64,000 nt of DNA from contig CAYGEH010000001.1 of assembly GCA_964348895.1 (NCBI GenBank), positions 384,103-448,102 on the forward strand, written 5' to 3'. Positions within the stretch are counted from its first letter, which is position 1. Each line of letters starts with the position of its first letter. The notes under the pieces were generated by a model, which was given only the letters and a program-made list of their open reading frames with translations, was not told the origin of the DNA and searched no databases. The stretch comes from an uncultured Gammaproteobacteria bacterium (GTDB lineage Bacteria > Patescibacteriota > Microgenomatia > 0-14-0-10-38-17). The translations under genes were made by a program, and so were the position numbers. Of this stretch, positions 10,487 to 19,161 are shown one piece after another.

Positions 10487-11431
10487 GTGACTTACGACAT
10501 TGTTACTGTCGGCTCAGCAACAGTTGATGTTTTTTTACGATCTGATGCTTTTGCCATTAATGATAGAGGACAAGAGTCCTTAGTTTTGTCGGGAGGCAAA
10601 ATTGAGGTTGAAGAAAAAATAATGACGGTTGGTGGGGGGGGGACTAATACTGCAGTTGGTTTTTCCAGGTTAGGCTTAAAGTGTGCTTGTGTAGCTCGCT
10701 TTGGCGAGGATTGGGCGGGAAACTGGATTAAGGAAAACTTAAAGAAAGAACTGTTTGACAAGCGGTTTTTAAAACAAATGAGCAAAGAAGAAACAGATTT
10801 CTCAACTGTTTTACTGTCTTCTACAGGAGAAAGAATTATTCTTACTTTTAGGGGTAAAACAAGAATCGATAAAAAAACTTTTCCTTTTAAGCTTTTATCT
10901 AAAACTAACTGGTTGTACCTAGCTTCACTTGAAGGCAACATTGAGTTGTTGGAAGACATAGTAAGTCAAGCTCAAAGAGAGCAAGTTTCGATAGTCCTAA
11001 ATCCTGGCAACCTAGAACTAGAAGAAAAAGATCGCTTGGGAGAAGTTTTTTCTAAGATTAGAATCTTAATTCTTAACGAAGAAGAGGCCAGAAGGTTTTG
11101 GGGAGAAAACTACTTGAACGAAATGGCGACAGCTGGTCCAAAAATGGTGGTTGTTACTTGTGGTAAAGCGGGGGCTTACTTTTATGAAAATGGACAAACT
11201 AAAAAAGAGTCGGCCCTAGAAGGAGAAGTAATAGACGCCACTGGAGCTGGAGATGCTTTTTCGGTTGGTTTGGTTGCAGGTTTGATTTGGGGATATTCTC
11301 CCCAAAAAGCAATGCAGGCTGGAATGACAGAGTCGCTGTCGGTGATTGGTAAAATTGGACCAAAAACAGGATTATTGACCAGAAAAGAACTAGAAGAAAA
11401 ATTAAATAATGGTTTTCCTTTGGACCAATAG
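10487..11431 (+). CDS. PfkB-family carbohydrate kinase
   Basis: GGGGTNTAVG N-terminal and DATGAGDAF C-terminal PfkB signatures. Confidence 0.75.
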   Translation: MTYDIVTVGSATVDVFLRSDAFAINDRGQESLVLSGGKIEVEEKIMTVGGGGTNTAVGFSRLGLKCACVARFGEDWAGNWIKENLKKELFDKRFLKQMSKEETDFSTVLLSSTGERIILTFRGKTRIDKKTFPFKLLSKTNWLYLASLEGNIELLEDIVSQAQREQVSIVLNPGNLELEEKDRLGEVFSKIRILILNEEEARRFWGENYLNEMATAGPKMVVVTCGKAGAYFYENGQTKKESALEGEVIDATGAGDAFSVGLVAGLIWGYSPQKAMQAGMTESLSVIGKIGPKTGLLTRKELEEKLNNGFPLDQ

Positions 11432-11485
11432 TTAACAGATTTCTTATTTTTATGCTTTAAGTCTTTTTTTAAATTTTAAATTGCA

Positions 11486-12466
11486 ATGTTTTCTAAAGAA
11501 GAAGGTTTTAAAAAAAAATTTGGTGACAAGAAAAAAGAAATGAGCCCAGAAGAATCTTCTGGTGGAGTAACTTTTTTTTTGTTAGTTGGCTCTGTTGGAA
11601 TAGCTTTGCTTTTTCATTTATCCAGCTTTTTACCTAACTGGTGGCAAGAAGTAACCACCCCAAGGGTATTTGAGTCTGAACGAGGAGAATTGTCTGAATC
11701 GTCGGTCGATTTAGAAGTGACGCCGACTCCTTGGCAGAAAGACCTAGAAGAAAGCTTAAGAAGTTTAGTTAAAGAAAAAGAAGGACTTTATGGTGTTTAC
11801 TTGTACCAGATTGACACCAGTCAGTCTATAGGAATTAATCACCAAGAAGAGTTTCCAGCTGCTTCGCTAATGAAGCTACCAGTAGTTGTTTCTTTGTATC
11901 AAGAGGCGGAAAGAAGACGACTTGATTTAGCGACAGAATACCGACTAAGACAGGAAGACAAACTTTCCGGCAATGGCAGTATCCATCTTCAACCAGAAGG
12001 AACAGTCTATACTTATCGTAGTTTGGCGAAACTGGCGATTGAACAGTCAGACAATACTGCAGTTAATGTTATTGCCAAAACTCTTGGTGAAAACAAAATT
12101 CAGACAACCATTAACTCTTTAAATTTATCAAGAACCAACTACTCTCTTCGTCAAACTAGCCCAGAAGATATGGGCAAATTACTGCTTTCTTTATACCAAA
12201 AAGAAACCTTAACTTCAGCCAACAGCAGAGAAATTATTGGCTATCTATCGCAAACTATTTTTAACGATCAAATTCCTGCCGCTCTACCTGAAAATGTGGT
12301 TATTGCCCACAAAATTGGTCTTGACGAAGGCATTTTGCATGATGCCGCAATTGTTTTTACCGATCAAGGCGACTTTGTTCTGGTGATTATGAGCAAGGAA
12401 GCTCTTCGCGAACAGGCCCAAGCAACCCTAGAAGAGATTACCAGAATGGTTTGGGAAGCAATTTAA
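11486..12466 (+). CDS. membrane-anchored class-A beta-lactamase-like serine hydrolase
   Basis: Carries the S-x-x-K (ASLMK), S-D-N (SDNTAVN) and K-T/I-G-like (HKIG) motifs in the correct order. It has an N-terminal TM helix. Confidence 0.55.
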   Translation: MFSKEEGFKKKFGDKKKEMSPEESSGGVTFFLLVGSVGIALLFHLSSFLPNWWQEVTTPRVFESERGELSESSVDLEVTPTPWQKDLEESLRSLVKEKEGLYGVYLYQIDTSQSIGINHQEEFPAASLMKLPVVVSLYQEAERRRLDLATEYRLRQEDKLSGNGSIHLQPEGTVYTYRSLAKLAIEQSDNTAVNVIAKTLGENKIQTTINSLNLSRTNYSLRQTSPEDMGKLLLSLYQKETLTSANSREIIGYLSQTIFNDQIPAALPENVVIAHKIGLDEGILHDAAIVFTDQGDFVLVIMSKEALREQAQATLEEITRMVWEAI

Positions 12467-12710
12467 GAATTAAGTCTAAAGATTAGAGATAATTCCAAAA
12501 TAATTTTTAGTCGCCTCAGTTTACTTTTTTAAAGCCTGCCTTTTTTAATTACTGATCATGTCGGACCTAAGGCGGAACCTTTTACTGCTTATTCATTTCT
12601 TGAACAGAAATTAGAATAAAGAAAAGATTTGCCTCTTTTTTAACTAAAAACATCCCACTTAACAAAGATAGAGCGAAGAACACCAAGCTTTTATACTATA
12701 ATAAAGATTA

Positions 12711-15110
12711 ATGGGTAGTCAGCAAAAAAAGAAAAAAACAACTTTGTTAATTGATTTTCTTGTTTTTCTTGGTCAGCCTCTTTTTTTCTTGTTAAAGTTT
12801 TTTTTACTAACGCTCCTTTATTTTGTTCTTTTTTTGAGAAAATTAGGCGCTAGTGTTGGAAGATTTTATCGTCAGGTCTGGGAACAGCAAATTTTAAAAT
12901 TTATTAAAAAACCAAGGAATTCTTTGTTTTTTGGTTTAATTGTTTCAAAAAGCCCAACTCTATCTAGAAAAAAGGCCAATTTTGACAGAAGAAAATCAAT
13001 TCAGACAAAGCCTGGTCTTGCTAGAACTTGGTCTAAAAGAGTAATTTCTTTTTTTAACTGGAAACATCTTGCCGGCCTAGCGGTTTTGGGGTTGTTGATT
13101 TACTTTTCTTGGTCGATCTTTAAAGACTTGCCTCATCCCCAAAAATTAACGACAAGAAAAGTTAAGCAAACCACAATAATTTATGATCGGAATGGAAATG
13201 TTCTTTATAAAATCTTTCGCCACCAAAACAGGACACTAATCCCTCTAGAAGAAATCCCCCTAGTGGTTAAGGAGGCTACGATTGCGATTGAGGACGCTAA
13301 TTTTTATCAACATCGGGGAATTTCCCTAACTGGAATTGGTCGAGGTATTTGGCGACTAATATCAGAGGGGCGAAGCGAGGGTGGCTCCACTATCACTCAG
13401 CAACTGGTTAAAAATGCCCTGCTAACACCAGAAAGAACCATTAGTCGAAAACTAAGAGAAGTAGTTTTGGCCTTAATGGTAGAGGCCCGTTTTAGCAAAG
13501 ATGAAATTTTACAAATGTATTTAAATGAAGTTAGTTATGGTGGGGCAACATATGGCATTGAGGAGGCCAGTCAGCGCCACTTTGGCAAATCAGCCCGCGA
13601 CCTTAATCTGTCAGAGGCAGCTTTTTTAGCTGGCTTGCCAGCTTCGCCGACGACGTTTTCTCCCTTTGGTGCCTATCCTCAGCTAGCTAAGCTTCGCCAA
13701 GAAGAGGTTTTGGCTCAAATGGAAAGGAGAGGTTTTATTACTGCCGAGGCGGCTCAAAGAGCAAAAGAGGCAGAGATTAGGTTAATTAGTTTAGGTCAAG
13801 ATATCCTAGCTCCTCACTTTGTTATGAAAACAAGACAGGAGTTGGCCAGCCTTTTTGGAACTCAACTTATGGAAGAGGGCGGCCTGCGCGTAACAACCAC
13901 ACTAGATTTAGATACTCAACAATTGGCGGAGCAAATAGTGAAAGAAGAGCTAGCCAAACTAACCAATTATCGAGTTAATAACGGCGCTGCTCTCGTAACT
14001 AATCCTCGCACTGGAGAAATTTTAGCAATGGTTGGTTCTCGAGACTATTTTGACTTGGAAAATGACGGTAAATTTAACGTCACTACCGCTTTAAGACAGC
14101 CGGGGTCGACTATTAAAGCAGTAAACTATGCTTTGGCCCTACAAAATGGATACACTTTAGCTAGTCAGATTTTAGATGCTCCAGTTAGCTTTCAGATTCC
14201 CGGTCAACCTCCTTATCGGCCAACTAATTATAACAATCGCTTTCATGGTTTGATGACCTTAAGAACGGCACTGGCCTGTTCTTATAACATTCCAGCGGTT
14301 AAGGTTTTGGCTAACTTGGGGGTTGACAGGATGGTTGACTTAGGCCAGAGAATGGGAATAGCAAGCTGGACAGAAAACAATCAGTTTGGTTTGTCACTTA
14401 CCCTAGGAGGAGGAGAAGTAACCATGAAAGAGTTAGCGACGGTTTATGGAGCCCTAGCCAATGGGGGATTTAGGGCTCCCCTGCAAACAATTATCATGGT
14501 TCACGATAGCAAGGGGCGCTTAGTTTGGCTAAACCCTTGCTTTGAACAAGCCAAGGCGAACCTAAATACTTTTGCTGTTCAAGCTACGGCTGGTGATAGT
14601 TCTTGTCGGGAACAAGTAATTTCTCCTCAAATAGCCTTTTTGTTAACCAGTGTTTTATCTGACAACCAAGCTCGCTCACCAGTTTTTGGCCAAAATTCAA
14701 TTATTAATATTCCCCATTATCAAGTTGCGGTTAAAACTGGAACCACTAATGATTTAAGAGATAACTGGACGATCGGTTACAGTCCAAGCCTATTGGTTTC
14801 CTCTTGGGTGGGAAACAACGATAATTCGCCGATGGCCGGAATTGCTTCAGGAATAACTGGAGCTTCGCCAATCTGGAGAAGGATTATGGAGACTTTATTA
14901 AAGCAAGAAGAGAAAGAAGAATTCCTGGTTCCCGAAGGAATTGTTAGTCGTTCAGTCTGTTTGTCTTGGGATCAAGAAAAACAAGCCTGCCAGCAAGAAC
15001 GAGAAGAATACTTTATCGAAGGAGATGAGCAGGAAATTGATTTTGGTCAAATTATAGAAAGAAACAGCAATAGAGAAAAACTTTTGCCAGCTCAGCAAGA
15101 CTCAAGATGA
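12711..15110 (+). CDS. class A penicillin-binding protein (PBP1A-type glycosyltransferase + transpeptidase)
   Basis: GT51 motifs EDANFYQHRGI, GGSTITQQLVKN, RKLREV. Transpeptidase motifs STIK and KTGTTND. A basic N-terminal tail precedes the TM helix. Confidence 0.85.
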   Translation: MGSQQKKKKTTLLIDFLVFLGQPLFFLLKFFLLTLLYFVLFLRKLGASVGRFYRQVWEQQILKFIKKPRNSLFFGLIVSKSPTLSRKKANFDRRKSIQTKPGLARTWSKRVISFFNWKHLAGLAVLGLLIYFSWSIFKDLPHPQKLTTRKVKQTTIIYDRNGNVLYKIFRHQNRTLIPLEEIPLVVKEATIAIEDANFYQHRGISLTGIGRGIWRLISEGRSEGGSTITQQLVKNALLTPERTISRKLREVVLALMVEARFSKDEILQMYLNEVSYGGATYGIEEASQRHFGKSARDLNLSEAAFLAGLPASPTTFSPFGAYPQLAKLRQEEVLAQMERRGFITAEAAQRAKEAEIRLISLGQDILAPHFVMKTRQELASLFGTQLMEEGGLRVTTTLDLDTQQLAEQIVKEELAKLTNYRVNNGAALVTNPRTGEILAMVGSRDYFDLENDGKFNVTTALRQPGSTIKAVNYALALQNGYTLASQILDAPVSFQIPGQPPYRPTNYNNRFHGLMTLRTALACSYNIPAVKVLANLGVDRMVDLGQRMGIASWTENNQFGLSLTLGGGEVTMKELATVYGALANGGFRAPLQTIIMVHDSKGRLVWLNPCFEQAKANLNTFAVQATAGDSSCREQVISPQIAFLLTSVLSDNQARSPVFGQNSIINIPHYQVAVKTGTTNDLRDNWTIGYSPSLLVSSWVGNNDNSPMAGIASGITGASPIWRRIMETLLKQEEKEEFLVPEGIVSRSVCLSWDQEKQACQQEREEYFIEGDEQEIDFGQIIERNSNREKLLPAQQDSR

Positions 15111-15220
15111 CAAAGAAAGAATAAAAGCTGAAGGCTAAAAAAACTAAACAAACTTTCCTAATCAAGGAACTTTTAAGCCTTAAAAACGCTGGTTCTAGGC
15201 CAGGCCAGAAAGTAAGATTA

Positions 15221-17515
15221 TTAATTGCGAAGATTTTCTTTTAAAGGATAACGGATTAAATCTGGCTTCTCAGAGTTAGGACAGTCCAAGCAAAAGATTG
15301 CCCCCAAGGGATCACGGAGAACAGCTTGCTCTCTGTGTTCAACGGTTTGAATCTCTTCTCCTGGTTTAACTAAGGCTCCGTTTTCTTGATTAATTAAAAC
15401 AACTTCTCGGGAATTTCCTTCGATGGGAGGAAGATAGCTTTGAATAAAATATTCAAACCTGGTTTCACAACCAGAATCTCCAGGCAAGTTTCCAGACAAG
15501 CGACAAACCAAATGGCCGACGACATTATCGGGTTTTGAGGGCCATTCTTCGGTCAATTCATCTTTTTCAAAAACAAAAGTAATAATTCTATTCCAAATTG
15601 AAGTGGCGCCGACTGCTCCAGAAACAACACTTCTCATTGAGGTGTTGTTGTTGTTGCCAATCCAAACAGCCACCAGTCGAGACGGATTATAACCAATCGT
15701 CCAGTTGTCTCTTAAATCATTAGTGGTTCCAGTTTTAACGGAAACCTCTGGATGACCTCTAACCACAAGAGAAGAACGGGAGCCAAAAACGGCACTTCTG
15801 GCGCCATTATCTAATAAGATGTGTGAAGTAATGTAGGCCGCTTCTTGGCTAATTACTCTTTCGCCAATTGTTCCTAGATTCTTTCGATTATCTAAGAGAA
15901 TTTGGCCGTCTTTGTCGGTTACTTCTAGAATGGAAACCAAGTCTTTTTTAACTCCTAGATTAGCCAGAACCCCAAAAGCAGTTGCCATATCGGTCATTTT
16001 TACTTCGCCTCCACCTAGGGTTAAAGATAGACCATATTGATCGGGATTATCAAAAGTAGTAATGCCAAAGTTTCTAGCTTCTTCAATAAAATTATTTAGT
16101 CCATTAAGGGCTAAGACTTTTACCGCTGGAATATTATAGGAGTTACCTAGGGCAAAACGAGTTTGAACAATACCATGAAAAGACAAATTATAGTTTCGAG
16201 GACAATAAGCCCTAAGTCCAGTTTGGCTAAAACAAGTGGGAGCGTCAATCAAGGGTGTGGCAGCGGTAATTTTTCCTCGATCAATGGCGATAGCATAATT
16301 AATTGGTTTTATAGCCGAACCGGGTTGCCTTAGGGCAGAGGTAGTGACGTTAAATTTACCGTCATTTTCCAAGTCAAAATAATCTCGAGAACCAACCATT
16401 GCTAAAATTTCTCCAGTGCGGGGATTAGTTACGAGAGCAGCGCCGTTAGTGACATTATGTTGAACGTTTTTCTCAATTTCTTCTTTGACTGCGGTTTGGG
16501 CCTGCTGTTGGATTGATAAATCCAGAGAGGTAAACACTCTCAGCCCACCCTGTTCTACTTGCTTTTGTCCAAACAGATCAACCAGCTGTTCCTTGACATA
16601 CATAATAAAATGAGGAGCCAGAATGGGTTCTCTAATAGCGGCATATTTTAGTTCTTCACTCTTGGCTGAATTAGCTTCTTCTTGAGAAATAAATCCCGCC
16701 TCAACCATTCGATCTAAAACTAATTCTTGTCGATTTTTGGCTAATTGTGGTTGAGCTCCAAAAGGAGAAAAGGTTGTTGGCGAAGCTGGTAATCCAGCCA
16801 AAAGTGAGGCTTCAGCTAGACTAAGATCAGAGGCTGGTTTATTGAAATAGCGACGGGCAGCCGCTTCAATCCCCCAAGCTGTTCCCCCGTAAGGGGTTTG
16901 ATTAAAATACATTTCTAAAATTTCATCTTTAGTGTAAATAGCTTCAGTTGCAACGGTTAAAAGAGCCTCTTTAATCTTTCGAGTTATGGTTCTTTCTGGT
17001 GTTAGCAGGGCATTTTTAACCAGTTGTTGAGTAATGGTGGAGCCACCTTGAAGGGTTTGGTTAAAAATGGTTTGATAAGAAGCACGAAGAATGCCTCTAA
17101 GAGAGAACCCAGAATGATGGTAAAAGTTTTGATCCTCAATTGCCAAAGTCGCCTTTTTAACATAATCTGGGATTTGATCAAGTTTAATAGGAGAGCGATT
17201 CTTGTCGGCGTATATTTCATAGAGGAGATTACCATCCCGATCATAAATTGAAGTAGAAAAGCTGGTTTGTTGAGCTAGCTTCTTGGGGGAAGGTAAGTCT
17301 TTAAGAATGACAAAATAAAAACTGACAATTAAACTAAAGAAAAGCCCTCCCAAAACAATTAATCGAACTCTTTTAACAAGTTTTCCAGTTTTTTGCTTTT
17401 CAATTTTTTTTAGTTTTGGCTTAACAAGAGAGCGCTTTGATTTTCTTTTCCGAAAAAGAGAGAAAAGTTTTTGAGCTAATAAATTATTAGTTTTTTTAGT
17501 CGTTTTTTTAATCAT
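15221..17515 (-). CDS. class A penicillin-binding protein (paralog of the upstream PBP1A)
   Basis: EDQNFYHHSGF, GGSTITQQLVKN, SAIK, KTGTTND. Domain order is the same as the plus-strand paralog. Confidence 0.85.
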   Translation of the reverse strand: MIKKTTKKTNNLLAQKLFSLFRKRKSKRSLVKPKLKKIEKQKTGKLVKRVRLIVLGGLFFSLIVSFYFVILKDLPSPKKLAQQTSFSTSIYDRDGNLLYEIYADKNRSPIKLDQIPDYVKKATLAIEDQNFYHHSGFSLRGILRASYQTIFNQTLQGGSTITQQLVKNALLTPERTITRKIKEALLTVATEAIYTKDEILEMYFNQTPYGGTAWGIEAAARRYFNKPASDLSLAEASLLAGLPASPTTFSPFGAQPQLAKNRQELVLDRMVEAGFISQEEANSAKSEELKYAAIREPILAPHFIMYVKEQLVDLFGQKQVEQGGLRVFTSLDLSIQQQAQTAVKEEIEKNVQHNVTNGAALVTNPRTGEILAMVGSRDYFDLENDGKFNVTTSALRQPGSAIKPINYAIAIDRGKITAATPLIDAPTCFSQTGLRAYCPRNYNLSFHGIVQTRFALGNSYNIPAVKVLALNGLNNFIEEARNFGITTFDNPDQYGLSLTLGGGEVKMTDMATAFGVLANLGVKKDLVSILEVTDKDGQILLDNRKNLGTIGERVISQEAAYITSHILLDNGARSAVFGSRSSLVVRGHPEVSVKTGTTNDLRDNWTIGYNPSRLVAVWIGNNNNTSMRSVVSGAVGATSIWNRIITFVFEKDELTEEWPSKPDNVVGHLVCRLSGNLPGDSGCETRFEYFIQSYLPPIEGNSREVVLINQENGALVKPGEEIQTVEHREQAVLRDPLGAIFCLDCPNSEKPDLIRYPLKENLRN

Positions 17516-17768
17516 AAATGTTCTTTTTTGGAATTCTAGAAAGAAACAAAAGGAAGGTTGTTATTTTTTGTTTTACTATTCTTTTCCAGCTTTTTGATTG
17601 TTAGCTGTTTGTTAGATAAACATTTACACTAAAGAAGAAGACGATTTTAAGGGAAAAGATCGGGTTTTAATAATAAAAATTTTTGACAGTTTAATTTGGG
17701 CCTTCTTACTTTTAGTTTAAATTCTTTTAATACCAAGATAAATCTACCCACAAGGTCTTTTTAAGGGC

Positions 17769-17792
17769 CAAGCCAGAAATTGGCTTGTTTTT
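17769..17792 (+). terminator. intrinsic-terminator-like hairpin in the fic upstream intergenic region
   Basis: CAAGCCA-GAAAT-TGGCTTG perfect 7-bp stem followed by TTTTT. No plus-strand gene lies upstream. Confidence 0.3.
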
Positions 17793-18005
17793 CCCTATAG
17801 CGCTTATATTATACTATAATTAAAGTAGCCAAATTAAGGATTTAGCGGTTTAATAAAGATATTCAAAAAGGCAAATCCATTGCAAGGTGATGCGAGACAA
17901 AATCTAATCGTTTCTAGTAATTAAGTTTTGCTAAAAGAAGTCAATGGTCAACTAGTCTTTTAGTTTGGTTCTTTGGTTTTAAATTATTAACTGTTTGGTT
18001 CCTAA

Positions 18006-19085
18006 ATGTTTTATCCTAAGTTTGTTATTTCACCAAAAATTCTAATTAATATTGGCCATATTGAAGCTTCGCGAGCAGTGATTGACAGAGCCCCCCTAAT
18101 TCCTTCTTATGAAAAAAGCTTCCAAGATGATGCTGTTTTGAGAACAGTTCATTTTGGAACCCGAATAGAAGGCAACGATTTGTCGCTGTCTCAAGCGGCT
18201 AGGGTTATGGCTGGAGAAGAGATTCTAGCAGGGAAACGCGATGTTCAAGAGGTGATCAATTACAGAAATGTGATTAATTTTATCGAGAAGCTGGTTGAGA
18301 AAAAAAGAGTTAGAAAAAACAAAGAAATAGTCTATCAGGAAGAAGATTTAAAGGAGATTCATTTTCTAACAACCAACAGGCTTTTACCTGAAGAAAAGTC
18401 AGGAGAATATCGCAAGGTTCAGGTGGTGGTAAGATCTTTATCAGGAGAAGTGGTTTTCCGAGCACCACCGGCAATAGAGGTTCCCTACTTGGTGACCTCT
18501 TTCTTCAAGTTTCTTAATTCAAGAGAGGGACGTCAATTGCACCCTGTTTTAAGGGCCGGTATTGCCCATTATGTTTTGGCTGCGATTCATCCTTTTGTGG
18601 AGGGTAATGGTCGTGGCGCTAGAGCTTTTGCCAATTTGATTTTGTTTGCGGAAGACTATGACATTAGAAGGCTTTTTTCTTTAGAAGAATTTTTTGATAA
18701 AAATCTAGGCGACTATTATGGTTTTTTAAAAAAAACCTCGGATCAGGCCAAGGAATTAGAAAAAAGAGACTTAACCGAATGGCTTGAGTTCTTTTCTCAA
18801 GCCCTGTCAGTGGAGCTTGGTCGAGTAAAAGAAGAGATTGAGCGCTTATCGGTTGATGGTCGTCTTAGGAAGAGATTAGGCGGAAAGCAAATTAGTCTTT
18901 CGGGTCGTCAAGTGAAGTTGATGGAATATATTAATGTTCATGGTGGAATTGATATGACTGCCGCCCGATCAATTTTGTCAATGGTGTCTGATGACACAAT
19001 TTTAAGAGAGTTTCAGGACCTGCGCGACAAAAAGGTGGTTAGAAAGGTAGGTAAAACTAAAGGGGCAAAATATATTTTAAGGTAA
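18006..19085 (+). CDS. Fic/DOC-family protein
   Basis: Canonical Fic motif HPFVEGNGRGAR. The C-terminal region is winged-helix-like. Confidence 0.8.
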   Translation: MFYPKFVISPKILINIGHIEASRAVIDRAPLIPSYEKSFQDDAVLRTVHFGTRIEGNDLSLSQAARVMAGEEILAGKRDVQEVINYRNVINFIEKLVEKKRVRKNKEIVYQEEDLKEIHFLTTNRLLPEEKSGEYRKVQVVVRSLSGEVVFRAPPAIEVPYLVTSFFKFLNSREGRQLHPVLRAGIAHYVLAAIHPFVEGNGRGARAFANLILFAEDYDIRRLFSLEEFFDKNLGDYYGFLKKTSDQAKELEKRDLTEWLEFFSQALSVELGRVKEEIERLSVDGRLRKRLGGKQISLSGRQVKLMEYINVHGGIDMTAARSILSMVSDDTILREFQDLRDKKVVRKVGKTKGAKYILR

Positions 19086-19161
19086 AGCAGTGTTTTGAAG
19101 ACAATTATCTTAAGACGATAAACCTAAGTGATTAAATAAAAATAAAGATAAAAAAATTTTA

